DNA from: a virus
Lineage: Duplodnaviria; Caudoviricetes
Strand: one strand, 5' to 3'
Length of the DNA stretch: 47,021 nucleotides
Virus record (IMG/VR): IMGVR_UViG_3300038334_000146
Span: 1-47,021 of that record
This document shows positions 19,030-29,174 of the stretch, piece after piece. The position numbers and the translations under genes were made by a program. Below the pieces are notes generated by a model that made no database searches, was not told where the DNA came from, and saw nothing but the letters and a program-made list of their open reading frames with translations. Positions within the stretch are counted from its first letter, which is position 1. Each line of letters opens with the position of its first letter.

Positions 19030-19467
19030 TTAGTTACCTCCATTATATGGGCTTGTTATTATTCTTTGGAATTTGAATTCTTGAATGTAAATGTCGTGAT
19101 CGTAATTAAAGTAAATATATTTTCCTTGTTTTGATGCTGTGGCATCAAAGACTTTATTATTATATAATAATGCCATGTGGCCGGGTTTATCAGGTTCCCA
19201 AGATAATTGTAGTATTCGAATATTTGTGAAGCCTTTATCAATCATATATTTGGCTAGGGCCATGGCTCTGTCTTCACAATCAGATTTTTTGAGTTCAAAA
19301 ATCTCCTCTTCAGTCAGGTTATAATCTGGGTGAGCTTCATACTCAGTTTGTGTTAATTCAATAAAGAAAGGCCAGACAATATCAATGTCAGGTTCCTTTT
19401 TAGTAAAAAAAGAAAATAAGATGTTTTTGATCATGTTTAGAATATTAAACATAACTGATTCCCTCAT
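19030..19467 (-). CDS. Small transglutaminase-like cysteine protease
   Basis: SDCEDRAMAL...PGHMALLY...VFDAT gives Cys-His-Asp. Confidence 0.7.
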   Translation of the reverse strand: MRESVMFNILNMIKNILFSFFTKKEPDIDIVWPFFIELTQTEYEAHPDYNLTEEEIFELKKSDCEDRAMALAKYMIDKGFTNIRILQLSWEPDKPGHMALLYNNKVFDATASKQGKYIYFNYDHDIYIQEFKFQRIITSPYNGGN

Positions 19468-19748
19468 TTTAATTCAAGTATTGGAATGTCAACGGTTCCA
19501 GTTGTGACTTTTGCATAAACAGTCACCACATCGGGTGCATCGAAATGAATCGTGCCATCTGGAAGTATAGGGAATGAAACAGACCCATCCTCATCTGTAA
19601 TAAATATATTTACTGATGAAGTGTTGACTAATTTAAAACCAACCCGATCACTTAATGGGTTTTCAGGCAATGGTGTCGGGCTTGTTCCAATAGTTACAAT
19701 ACAGGGTTTTGGAGTTTCTGTTAGTAAATCCATAAAATAATCCCCCAT
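19464..19748 (-). CDS. Small beta-sandwich virion protein
   Basis: 94 aa, R.GFKLVN.S...IFI...FPILP pattern seen in phage structural accessory proteins. Confidence 0.5.
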   Translation of the reverse strand: MGDYFMDLLTETPKPCIVTIGTSPTPLPENPLSDRVGFKLVNTSSVNIFITDEDGSVSFPILPDGTIHFDAPDVVTVYAKVTTGTVDIPILELK

Positions 19749-19752
19749 GAGT

Positions 19753-20337
19753 TTATTTAATGAGCTTCTGTTTTTTCAGAGATAATTGAAGGACTCTGAA
19801 TAATTTCTGGCCTTCAGGAGAAAGGGTACTTTTAGCATCAGCGAGTTTCTTTGATTCTTCTTGAGCCCACCTTTTAGCATGAGTATCTGTCCATTCACTG
19901 GGTGCCTGGGTTTCCCAAGCATAACCCTGTTCCTTGACAGTGATTTCAGCATATGCGACACTAGGATCATCAGCATATCTAATATTAACTGAGGCCAGCA
20001 TCTCACATTTAGGACATTCAATTATCTGTGGAAGGTTTCCGGTTTTTAGATAATCTTCTGCTTTCAGGCCCAGGGCATTATCACAAGCAGGGCAAGTAAC
20101 ATCCTCAATTTTCTGTTTCTCCAATTCAAGATGGTTGCTTATTTGTTGGGCATTAATCTGGTCTTGCATTTGAGCCAATTCCAAATCAGACATGGCCTCT
20201 ATTTTAAGGACTGGTGTGTCTTCCTCGACAGGTTGTTCCTTAGGTTGTTCCTGGACAACCTCCTCCTCTTTGTTTTCTGCTTCTTGAGGCACCTGTTCCT
20301 CAGTATCAGTTTTAGGTTTAGGTTTATTTCTAGCCAT
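19753..20337 (-). CDS. Zn-ribbon protein with acidic N-terminus
   Basis: CPAC...CPKC; GAGGTGA RBS; directly after the capsid gene. Confidence 0.6.
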   Translation of the reverse strand: MARNKPKPKTDTEEQVPQEAENKEEEVVQEQPKEQPVEEDTPVLKIEAMSDLELAQMQDQINAQQISNHLELEKQKIEDVTCPACDNALGLKAEDYLKTGNLPQIIECPKCEMLASVNIRYADDPSVAYAEITVKEQGYAWETQAPSEWTDTHAKRWAQEESKKLADAKSTLSPEGQKLFRVLQLSLKKQKLIK

Positions 20338-20388
20338 TATTTCACCTCAAAAAAAATAATTAGTATTTAGTTTTCCTTAAGAATAATT

Positions 20389-21243
20389 CTAAGGAGAACT
20401 AATCAAGTTATTTAACTGCATGAACGCTTCCAGTTTGTGAATATCAGTGGTCTGATAAGTTTCCACATTGAATGGGTACATGGAATCCCGGGTTATTGGG
20501 AAGTCCAAGGTGTTGATGTCTTCTTCAACATTCCTTTCAGCAATTTGCTCACCAAAGTCGCTGATTAAACCGTTTGCTCGACCAATCCGGTTAGTCTTAG
20601 CTATTGAGTTCATGCCTCCAGGAAGCAGGGCAGCAATATCATCTATGAAACGACCACCAGAATGGTCTTTCTTAAAGGCCAATCTGTAAGCACTAGGGCT
20701 TAAAGTAAGTTTCCTAGCAGTGTATAAACCATCTGCCTCAAATGCCTCCAGAGCATCAATCACGTTATCTGCAGGGTTTCGGGTTGTGGCCTTATTCCAT
20801 TCATAACCTGCGGGTACAGCATAAGCAGTTTTACCTGCATCTGCAAATATTCCTTTAACTCCCTGATTAGCATCTCCATTGAGGATAATGTCGTCTAAGG
20901 ATTCAGCCACAATTCGGCCAGAGTTTGCAGCATCTGCTCCATTTAATGCAGAGGTTCCTTGTCTTTCGTAGGCTTGTAGTTCTTTTCGGTGCATATCGAA
21001 ACCGTGAACGTGTTCTACTACAGTGACCGTTTTTTGGCCTCTTTCAGCAGTTTCACGTGGAACAGTCCGGACCCTATAACCTCTCTTGGTATCCAACCTA
21101 TCCACTGTGGTTCTGGTTATGGTTCCAGTGCCTGGTGGGAGATCTGCTCCTTTAGCAATAAGGTCAACAGCTATAAGATTATCATTAAATCCTTGCAAGA
21201 CTTTAGAATCGTAGTAATTAATAACTCCATCTGGTAATGTCAT
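20389..21243 (-). CDS. Major capsid protein, HK97 fold (encapsulin/linocin-like)
   Basis: 284 aa; FDMHRKELQAYER.G..L....A..SGR.VAESLDDIILNGD...GVKGI resembles family-1 encapsulin-like shells; position after protease and decoration genes. Confidence 0.8.
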   Translation of the reverse strand: MTLPDGVINYYDSKVLQGFNDNLIAVDLIAKGADLPPGTGTITRTTVDRLDTKRGYRVRTVPRETAERGQKTVTVVEHVHGFDMHRKELQAYERQGTSALNGADAANSGRIVAESLDDIILNGDANQGVKGIFADAGKTAYAVPAGYEWNKATTRNPADNVIDALEAFEADGLYTARKLTLSPSAYRLAFKKDHSGGRFIDDIAALLPGGMNSIAKTNRIGRANGLISDFGEQIAERNVEEDINTLDFPITRDSMYPFNVETYQTTDIHKLEAFMQLNNLISSP

Positions 21244-21280
21244 GTCTTCACCTCAAAAAAATATTATTTTTAATTTAAAT

Positions 21281-21742
21281 CTAGAAGAATTTCATAGGAA
21301 CAATGTCCCCAGCTACTCCTGATCTTTTAAACTCACCCAGTCTGAATTTTTGTGCTGCGAATGCAACATCAAGTTCGGCCTTAGTGGGGTCAGTGGAGAA
21401 ACTAGGTGCAGTTTCTGCTACAAGAGTCCCATTAGCACCAGGAACAGCAACATCATCCTCAGCTACAGTACCTCCTAGTAGAACATAAACGGTTCCTGAA
21501 TCGTAGAGAGTAGGTTTCTCACCAGACTTCCACTTATTCCTTTTAACTCGGTACCCATCAGCATCGCTCATGGTAGATTCTTCAGATGCTATGACAATAG
21601 CAATGGCCTTAGAGCCAGCAGTGGCTGGGATTACTTTGGTTTTATCAGTTGCGTGTCTTTTCACAGCAATGTAATAGGCCAGGTCGGCTCCGGCAGTTAA
21701 TTCTTCACTTATTTCATGGCCGTTAAATGGTTGTAAAGGCAT
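21281..21742 (-). CDS. Capsid decoration/cement protein
   Basis: 153 aa, G.V.V..GGTV..DD...PGANG pattern; between scaffold and capsid genes. Confidence 0.65.
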   Translation of the reverse strand: MPLQPFNGHEISEELTAGADLAYYIAVKRHATDKTKVIPATAGSKAIAIVIASEESTMSDADGYRVKRNKWKSGEKPTLYDSGTVYVLLGGTVAEDDVAVPGANGTLVAETAPSFSTDPTKAELDVAFAAQKFRLGEFKRSGVAGDIVPMKFF

Positions 21743-21744
21743 AT

Positions 21745-23274
21745 TTATTCAACTCCTCGTTGTGCGATTTTCTTTCTAAGGTCTGCTGCAGTTTCAGCAT
21801 CCTTAGTAACGGTTTTAGAACCATTACTCCCATTGTCCAGGAGGCTTGGTTTATCACCATCAGCAATATTCTCCAGGGTTTTGGTCATGGTCATAATATC
21901 CCTCTCTACAAGAGCCGGGCCGTTATCTTTTTCTAGGTCAGTTTTAATTTCTTTTACAAGGTCTGATTCCTCTTCAGGAGTCATTCCTTTCTTAATCTTC
22001 TTATGCAAATCCAGGGATTTAGTAAGCAAATCAGTTTTAGTCTTTTCAAGACTAGAGGCCTCATTGGTATCCACAATCCCTTCAACTTTATCTAATCTTT
22101 TTATCAGAGGTGCTTGTGCTTCCTGAACGGCCAGAGTTGCTGCTTTTTTGAGGTCTTCCTCAGTATATTTCTTCTCCATATTCTTCTCTCCTGTATCCTC
22201 CAGGCCCGGTTCTTCACCAGATGCCCCGGATTCTAAAGATTTCTCAACCTTCTTAGGTTCCTCAGTTTCCTTGATTCCCAAGAGACCTTTGATAAATTGC
22301 TTACCATCCTCACCCATATCTTTAATAGCATCGATAAAGCCCTGATCAATTCCTTCAGGCACAGTCTCTTCTTTTTTAACTCCTTTTTTCATAGTCTCAC
22401 CTACTTTTTTCATTAATTCATCAACACTAATTCCCAATTTCTTAGCCACAAACATATTGTCTGCTTCTTTTAATTCACCGAGAGTTATCTCACCAGCATC
22501 AGCCATAGTATAAGGCACGGAATAGAATTTCCCATCCTCATAGTTATAGAAGACAACCATATCTGGCCATGTTCCTTCTATGGAAATATTGTACTGCCTC
22601 TCCCCCATCACGGTATCATAGGCATTAACAACTGCTGAGCGTACTCGGGACTTAATGGCCTCATAGGAATCGCTCATTAAAAAGCCCATACTACTCGCCT
22701 CCTTCTTTAAATCTAAAGACTTCATGATTTGTGAGCAGATATTATGTGGACAGCCTTTCTCTACGGGTTCTGCTGTGCCTCGTGTTTCCCAGGCGGCAGG
22801 GATATCAGTTAATGCTGCTTTGAATATTCTAACTCCATCAATTTGTCTAACGTTCTTATTTAAGCCCGGTAGAACCTTAGTGGCCTTACCTGTGATACTG
22901 CCACCTAGTTGTGTTCCGGACGTTACCAAGTCACGAATGGTCTCTTCCCATTGTTTTCTGACTCTTAAATCAACGAATACCTGTTTTTCTTCTGTTATCC
23001 AGGCATCGGTGACCGGGCCGAGTAGGGCATTAAGGCCATCTTGATGGTAGTCATCAATGTTAATTCCACCGATTTGTTTTCCATCAACCTGGATCCCCTT
23101 GGCCTGAGTTACAATGTCCTGTAGGGCATTGTCAGTCATCTGATCTTTTTGAAGGTCAGGTTCAGATCCACTTATCGCAAACTGAATATGATAATAACCA
23201 TCATCACCATCATAACCCTTTTTTAAGGGCATTACAAAGTTAAAATCTTTATTTAAAATCATAGCATTCTTCAT
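21745..23274 (-). CDS. Prohead protease fused to scaffold region
   Basis: DLQKDQM...DDYH...GGSITG...ALTDIPA is HK97 protease-like; long acidic/coiled C-terminus. Confidence 0.8.
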   Translation of the reverse strand: MKNAMILNKDFNFVMPLKKGYDGDDGYYHIQFAISGSEPDLQKDQMTDNALQDIVTQAKGIQVDGKQIGGINIDDYHQDGLNALLGPVTDAWITEEKQVFVDLRVRKQWEETIRDLVTSGTQLGGSITGKATKVLPGLNKNVRQIDGVRIFKAALTDIPAAWETRGTAEPVEKGCPHNICSQIMKSLDLKKEASSMGFLMSDSYEAIKSRVRSAVVNAYDTVMGERQYNISIEGTWPDMVVFYNYEDGKFYSVPYTMADAGEITLGELKEADNMFVAKKLGISVDELMKKVGETMKKGVKKEETVPEGIDQGFIDAIKDMGEDGKQFIKGLLGIKETEEPKKVEKSLESGASGEEPGLEDTGEKNMEKKYTEEDLKKAATLAVQEAQAPLIKRLDKVEGIVDTNEASSLEKTKTDLLTKSLDLHKKIKKGMTPEEESDLVKEIKTDLEKDNGPALVERDIMTMTKTLENIADGDKPSLLDNGSNGSKTVTKDAETAADLRKKIAQRGVE

Positions 23275-23318
23275 TTAGGAAATCACCTCCAAAAATAAAT
23301 AAATTAAAAAAATAAATA

Positions 23319-24332
23319 TTAAATATTAGAATAATATGTCAGGGCCATGGCCTCTTGGGTGAGTTGCATCATCTGCTCCTCCATTGATTGGCCTTCTATC
23401 TCGGCCCGGGTTTTAATTACACACCGACAATGATTATGAATAGGTACAAAGGGCATCTCTGACAGTTTCATGAAGCCCTGGGCCTCTATGGCCAAGCACC
23501 ATTTACAAACACGACTATCTCCCTTGGTTACCAGACCTACCTCAGGATCACCAAATAAAAAGATGGCTGCCTTCCTGACAGCATGATTCTGAGTAGAAAC
23601 AAAGCCTGATTCCACTGTGGTTTTTAACCGATTGAATGCTGTTTTAAAATTAGTATTGGGATTAAATAACTGCTCCGTCTTCCTATTCTTCAAATAATAG
23701 GCCTTTGATTTCAGGCCATGCTTTAACTGGGAAGCAATGCTACTAAGGGTACTTATCTGTTCATTCAGTCCATCCCTTATGGTATCTGCTGCTAGGCTTA
23801 TGCTCTTCTTCGTATCATTGAGAATAGATTCGGTTATTGCCTCAGGTTTAAGGTCATCGGCGAGTTTGATTCTGCTAAGTGTAGGTTTCTTTCGAGGAGT
23901 ACCCAGGGGTGTTTTCTCTGAGAAGTCTATCTTGCCCAGATTATTGGGTTGGATTCCTTTATCTACCAGGTTTTTACTGGCCTTATTATCAAATACTGTG
24001 GTTAGCGCCTTGAGGCCATTAATCCATGAGTTCCAAAGGTTCTGAATGTCCTTATCCACGTTCTCAAGTATATATGCGACTGGCTCGAATTGGTACTTTT
24101 TATAAAGGCCTTCTAATAAGAAAACAAAAGATGTTCCATAAAGGAGTTCCTCGTGATTGCCTCCTTGATATTCAAAGGATAAGTCACCAGGTTCCTTGGC
24201 ATCTGGGTTTTCCAGAGCCTGTTCAGCATTTTTGATTATAATCTCAGTTAGGGCCTTTTCGGGCACACATTCGATAAGATCATCGAAGAATGATTTTTTC
24301 ACTCTTATAGTTGGGGTCATAATTTTAACCAT
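23319..24332 (-). CDS. MuF/SPP1 gp7-like head morphogenesis protein
   Basis: C-terminal D.RVCKWC...PIHNHCRC motif. Confidence 0.8.
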   Translation of the reverse strand: MVKIMTPTIRVKKSFFDDLIECVPEKALTEIIIKNAEQALENPDAKEPGDLSFEYQGGNHEELLYGTSFVFLLEGLYKKYQFEPVAYILENVDKDIQNLWNSWINGLKALTTVFDNKASKNLVDKGIQPNNLGKIDFSEKTPLGTPRKKPTLSRIKLADDLKPEAITESILNDTKKSISLAADTIRDGLNEQISTLSSIASQLKHGLKSKAYYLKNRKTEQLFNPNTNFKTAFNRLKTTVESGFVSTQNHAVRKAAIFLFGDPEVGLVTKGDSRVCKWCLAIEAQGFMKLSEMPFVPIHNHCRCVIKTRAEIEGQSMEEQMMQLTQEAMALTYYSNI

Positions 24333-24531
24333 CTTCGTTATAGGGCCGTATATGGAAGTTAATCGCGGTGTTTGAAAATTAAGGCATTGGAAAGGCTTAT
24401 TTTAATGACTGAAAAAGTAGAATGTTCAATAATTTTAGTAAAATAAGATTAAAAGTTGAACAATGTATCAATATTCGGGGCTAGTAAAAATTCAAATCCT
24501 CGGGAAAGATTTTTTATGATTGTGAGATTGT

Positions 24532-24903
24532 TCAATTCAATATTTTAGCAATTGGTTTAAAAGGTTGAAGACTAATTAATAAAGATTTATAGATTTCACA
24601 ATCAGTATTATCTTCTGTTCCTTCTTTAGAATGATTACCATAATTAACGGATATATCTCCATCTTTTATACTAACAATCTTCTTATTATCTTTAATTTTT
24701 TGATAAGTTGATAACCAAGCCAAAACACCATAAATACAACATTTTCTAGCTTTACGATTACTTATGGTGAATGATGAGTCTATTTCAAGGATTTTCTCAC
24801 TAATATCACTGATCTTGTATGCAATTTCAGTATCAAGAGAATTATCAGTGATACGACCCAATGATTCAATTTTAACCTGTTCTATCGTACATAACTCAAC
24901 CAT
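24532..24903 (-). CDS. Head-tail connector/adaptor (gp6/gp15-like)
   Basis: LCTIEQVK start, IVSIKDGDISVNY motif. Confidence 0.65.
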   Translation of the reverse strand: MVELCTIEQVKIESLGRITDNSLDTEIAYKISDISEKILEIDSSFTISNRKARKCCIYGVLAWLSTYQKIKDNKKIVSIKDGDISVNYGNHSKEGTEDNTDCEIYKSLLISLQPFKPIAKILN

Positions 24904-24912
24904 AGGTCCACC

Positions 24913-26331
24913 TCATGCTATCAGATTAAGTTCTTTAAGTGTTTTATTCAAATTCAATAAACGTTCCTTCTTTTGAACAGAATTAATTGGATCTTCTAAA
25001 TGAGGATTACTATTCGGAATGGTCTGGTAATCAGCACTCTCATCTTCCAAACCAAAATCTATACTATCTGCCATATCTTGCGACCTTCGGAGCTCTGTTT
25101 TACTAGATGCACCCAGGTTAAACAATATCTGCATCCTGTTGAGGACTGCCAATAAATCTTTCTGCAAGAATGGTTTAAATTCAATATCAAAGTAACCGTC
25201 CAGGATACCTGCCTGGGCCTTCATCTCCTGAGCATAACTCATAAGTAGTCTTCGGAAGTTCTTTCGACCACCGGTGGCCTCACGTCGCCTGATAAAAGTA
25301 TCTGTTATTAATTCTAGGGTTGTTCTATTCTTTACATTATCAATCCTAGTAATCAGAGGCATAGGCACACCGAATTTCATGGCAATAACTTCATAGGTTT
25401 TATCCTCAGTATCTGAGAAATTAGTATCCTTTCCTTTTACGCTGGTGGCCTGGGCTGGTTTAAGGAAACTATAAGAAACTAGATCCCCGCCGTCTCGGCG
25501 TTGTTCTTGGACTGCATTCACCTGTTCTTGTAATGCTTTCTCAGCAGTACCCCAATTTTGAAGGGCTGCTTTTCCCATATCCGTTTTGAGTAATTCCTGC
25601 ACATCCATAACCAGGTGTAAATAAACGTTGGCCTGTTTTTTCATTAGGTCTAATCTTAGGCCCGGTGCTGCTCCTGCAGTTCTTAAATCCATAACACAAT
25701 TGGCACTGGCTGGGTTTCCCCAGACTCCATGTTTGAGGATGCTTCCTCGGGTGCTGTAATCCACCCTGTCTTGAGCGAAACTAACTGTCCGAGTTATTCC
25801 TGTAGGTGATCGGACATTTTGAACATATTCCATGGTTCCTGTGGGGTCATATAGGGCCTGTTCTACACTTTGCATATCCAGGCTCATCGGGTTTATTGCA
25901 TCAATCCCAGTGACCATTTCCTTTTCATTATAGTAGAAACCACCATTTTCGTTATATGTTCGGACATTACATCTTCGGCCTAATATTTCACCCAGTGTGG
26001 CGTATCGTAGCATGGTGTCTTCTAATTCCATCTTTTGGAATTGTTTTTCTACCAATAACTTGGCCTCATGACCCAAATCGTCATCCTCAAATCCTTTAGG
26101 AACTAGGCTTACTCCACAACCAATCTCGATAAGAGTAATGAAGTCTATGAATGGGCCACTGGCTCCTCGAAGATAATGGAGCATTGCCTCAGCATCAGTT
26201 ATTGTTGGGAAGGACTTCATTAATTCTAAGTCCATCCTTCCAAAGTTCCGGTACCTTCGCCTCATGTGGTTAAGCATCTGATCAGTAGGGTCATTCCAGG
26301 TTAATGGGATGTCTGATTTTGTATTTTCCAT
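24913..26331 (-). CDS. Portal protein
   Basis: 472 aa directly after TerL; IAMKFGVP..L and SKTELR motifs. Confidence 0.8.
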   Translation of the reverse strand: MENTKSDIPLTWNDPTDQMLNHMRRRYRNFGRMDLELMKSFPTITDAEAMLHYLRGASGPFIDFITLIEIGCGVSLVPKGFEDDDLGHEAKLLVEKQFQKMELEDTMLRYATLGEILGRRCNVRTYNENGGFYYNEKEMVTGIDAINPMSLDMQSVEQALYDPTGTMEYVQNVRSPTGITRTVSFAQDRVDYSTRGSILKHGVWGNPASANCVMDLRTAGAAPGLRLDLMKKQANVYLHLVMDVQELLKTDMGKAALQNWGTAEKALQEQVNAVQEQRRDGGDLVSYSFLKPAQATSVKGKDTNFSDTEDKTYEVIAMKFGVPMPLITRIDNVKNRTTLELITDTFIRRREATGGRKNFRRLLMSYAQEMKAQAGILDGYFDIEFKPFLQKDLLAVLNRMQILFNLGASSKTELRRSQDMADSIDFGLEDESADYQTIPNSNPHLEDPINSVQKKERLLNLNKTLKELNLIA

Positions 26332-26333
26332 AA

Positions 26334-27917
26334 TTATCCTCTTGCCTTAAATACTTTGAATGGGTTAATGTCTTCCGGATACTGTTCTTCTACTTCCTCG
26401 CCATAGAATAATTCGTTTAGGCCACCACTGAAAGCGTCCACTTGATCATCATGTATTCCTTTTGTGGGGAATGTTGAAATTTCATTAAGAAAAGTAATTA
26501 TCCAGTCTGATCCTTCTTTGATCTTTAGGAAACCATGTTTTACAAAGCTCACATAAGCTCGTGCTCTGTCGATTTTGCTTTTTCGTGGTATGCTCCAACC
26601 TGAGAAATTAAATCCTGGTAATTTGCCTGCAAATGTGTTCATTACATATTTGGCACTTGCTCCGCCTTCTTGTTCTATTCGGACTTTTAGGTTCTCTCTG
26701 CCATACTTCTCAGCATCTTTTTTGGCAGTGAGGAGGATCTCTTCTTCTGCTTTATCAGGATCGTATCGGAATCGGACTATATCTTCTAAGTATACTTTAC
26801 CAGATTCACCAAGCCCTAAGAGCATTCCAACAGTCCAGTCAGGCCCACCTTTTTTATTGTCATCTTTTTCTTCGGTGGCTGCAAGATCCCAGAATCGTAC
26901 CCATTGGGTGATTTTTTCTGTAATGACTTCGTATAATCTTTTAGTGAACCATTTTCTTTTGAATAGTTTACCTTCAGGAATTGCTTCCCAATCACCATAT
27001 TTCCATTGACGATATAATATGGGATCTGAATCTTTAATGGCTTCCAGGGAATCTTTTTCATATTGTTTATCATCGAGGTAAACATTATCAGTATATTTAC
27101 TGTTGATGAATGTTCCTGGGCCATCTACATAATTTGTTTTAAAGTAATCGTGACTTATTCCACCGGGGTTTCCTGTGAACCATGTTCTTAGTGGTAGTGG
27201 ATCTGTAATTTGTTTACGTTTAGATCCTGTAATTGTGATGATTTTTTTCTCAGATATATGGACTGCTTCATCAAAAATAAGGTGATGAAATTCTGCTCCT
27301 TGATAATTAGCAGCGTCCTTTTCATGCTGAATGTGAGCAAACTTTATCTTGGCCCCATTGGGGAAAGTGAATAATTTATTAGTGTCATCCCAATGTGGTT
27401 CAATTCCTGCTTTTTCTAGTATTGGGTTTTTGTGTAGCCAATCCTTGGCCCTGTCCATTACTGCGTTAGGTGCACTTAATTCTGGATAAGTTAGTCGGAA
27501 TATACCGACTTTCCATTTTGGGAATTCCGCATACTGAAGGGCCCCGATAAGTGAGGCTTCTGTTTTACCTCCACCACGAGCTCCTCCATAAAGGACAGAA
27601 CCTCTGGAAAATATTAAAAGAATCTGATTAAAAAACGGAACTACGGGAATATAGGGATTCAGGATTATTGTATCATAAAAATTATCCTTCTCTTCTTGAC
27701 TTAAGCAATGGAATAATGCCTGTACACGATAATCCTCTTCATATTGTGCCTCCCAAACTTCAATTTTCCAATCTATTAATTCTTCTATTGAATTAATTTC
27801 AGGTGCATTGAATAGGAATTTACGAAGTTTCTGACGGACCTCATCCTTGATCTGAGGCCTTATCAATGTTATCTGGTTTATCTCCTGTTGAACTTCCGAT
27901 ATCAGAGTGGTAGTCAT
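26334..27917 (-). CDS. terL: Terminase large subunit
   Basis: Walker A YGGARGGGKT, Walker B LIFDEA, TGNPGG, nuclease WDLAA and HDDQVDA. Confidence 0.95.
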   Translation of the reverse strand: MTTTLISEVQQEINQITLIRPQIKDEVRQKLRKFLFNAPEINSIEELIDWKIEVWEAQYEEDYRVQALFHCLSQEEKDNFYDTIILNPYIPVVPFFNQILLIFSRGSVLYGGARGGGKTEASLIGALQYAEFPKWKVGIFRLTYPELSAPNAVMDRAKDWLHKNPILEKAGIEPHWDDTNKLFTFPNGAKIKFAHIQHEKDAANYQGAEFHHLIFDEAVHISEKKIITITGSKRKQITDPLPLRTWFTGNPGGISHDYFKTNYVDGPGTFINSKYTDNVYLDDKQYEKDSLEAIKDSDPILYRQWKYGDWEAIPEGKLFKRKWFTKRLYEVITEKITQWVRFWDLAATEEKDDNKKGGPDWTVGMLLGLGESGKVYLEDIVRFRYDPDKAEEEILLTAKKDAEKYGRENLKVRIEQEGGASAKYVMNTFAGKLPGFNFSGWSIPRKSKIDRARAYVSFVKHGFLKIKEGSDWIITFLNEISTFPTKGIHDDQVDAFSGGLNELFYGEEVEEQYPEDINPFKVFKARG

Positions 27918-28371
27918 GCTTTGCCTCTATCGTTCTAAGGCGCTTCAATCTAAGTTCAACATCAACTTTGCCATTAGTTTCAGTAATGTCAGTAGGCTGG
28001 CTTTGAATCAGCAATGCTAGTTTGATTAATTTGTCAAGATCTTTAGTTGTTTCAATAGGAATCGGTTGTATTATGCCTTTTTTCACGCCATTAGTGTATT
28101 TATTAAGTGATGCGTGAACAATTCCTAAGTATTTGACTTTATTATCAACAACAGTTTTGTTGGTCTTTTCTTCTAGTGTTTTATTGTTCTCTACTTCTCT
28201 GATTGATATTTTACTATCCCAATCGAATTCTTTTTTCCATCGCCAAGCAGTTCGTTCACTTATTTTAAATTTTTTTGTGACTGTCAGAATACTGTCATCA
28301 ATGGATTTTCCTTCGTGTAGTGTGAGGTAGTAAAGTTCAAAGGCTTTTTTGTGTTTTTGCTTTTCTTCCAT
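27841..28371 (-). CDS. terS: Terminase small subunit
   Basis: N-terminal HTH (AFELY...ISERTAWRWKKEFDW); overlaps TerL. Confidence 0.75.
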   Translation of the reverse strand: MEEKQKHKKAFELYYLTLHEGKSIDDSILTVTKKFKISERTAWRWKKEFDWDSKISIREVENNKTLEEKTNKTVVDNKVKYLGIVHASLNKYTNGVKKGIIQPIPIETTKDLDKLIKLALLIQSQPTDITETNGKVDVELRLKRLRTIEAKHDYHSDIGSSTGDKPDNIDKASDQG

Positions 28372-28476
28372 TGTGAATCACTTTTAAATTATTATATATT
28401 ATTTCGAGATAATGGAAGATTATATATATATTATAGAATAATTCTATATTATAGAATAATTACTTTGGTGAAAAAC

Positions 28477-28917
28477 ATGAATCAAATAAAATACAAAACA
28501 AAAACACGAGAATTCAAATCCTACATGAAAAAAACAAAAACTGCTATCTTAAAAATTGGAGAAAAGAAATATAAAGTCAAACAAGAGGAATACGTCTATT
28601 TTGACAATGAAATGAAAGATTATCCATTAAGACCTGAATGGTATTTAACAAAAACTCAAATGAGAAATCTTTTAAAAGCATATCCGGAAAAATGGCTTCT
28701 TAAAGTTAAAAGCCGTTTTGATGGAATGGTTGATTGTGTAATGCCTGTTGAAGATGAATTTTCATTTGTGGATTCTGAAATACTTGAATCAATAAGTGAT
28801 GATATTCGATGCTATAGTTATAGGACACATTATAATACTGAAACTGGTGTTTTCAATCTTTGGAGTTGTGTCGGAGCATATGAATTCAAATTTGATGGAG
28901 AACTCCAATTCTTATAA
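28477..28917 (+). CDS. Hypothetical accessory protein
   Basis: Start moved to ATG 28477 after GGTGA; upstream 17-bp direct repeat TATATTATAGAATAATT x2. Confidence 0.6.
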   Translation: MNQIKYKTKTREFKSYMKKTKTAILKIGEKKYKVKQEEYVYFDNEMKDYPLRPEWYLTKTQMRNLLKAYPEKWLLKVKSRFDGMVDCVMPVEDEFSFVDSEILESISDDIRCYSYRTHYNTETGVFNLWSCVGAYEFKFDGELQFL

Positions 28918-28947
28918 ATTCATATTTTTTTTTAGGGGGTATATTAA

Positions 28948-29124
28948 ATGGATTATTCAGCAGATAAGCATTGGAATAATGTTTTGGCTTTAGCTCGTAA
29001 GTATGGTTTCATTTTAAAGGCTGATAAGAGTAATGCTATCTTGGCCACTCATAAAACTCAGATTGAGAAGTATGGTGTGGAGGGTTATAATAAGATCCAG
29101 AAAATGAATAAAGGGGAAAAATAG
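28948..29124 (+). CDS. 58-aa hypothetical protein (MDYSADKHWNNVLALARKYGF...)
   Basis: Read by hand; GGGGGT RBS, ATG to TAG. Confidence 0.55.
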   Translation: MDYSADKHWNNVLALARKYGFILKADKSNAILATHKTQIEKYGVEGYNKIQKMNKGEK

Positions 29125-29159
29125 TTGATTATATAAAGTAGTTCTATAATATCAACTAT
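29121..29159. promoter_or_regulatory. 9-bp inverted repeat ATAGTTGAT/ATCAACTAT flanking a TATA-like box, candidate operator
   Basis: Seen directly, just upstream of the AbrB-like gene. Confidence 0.5.
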
Positions 29160-29174
29160 TATACTTTATTTTAT

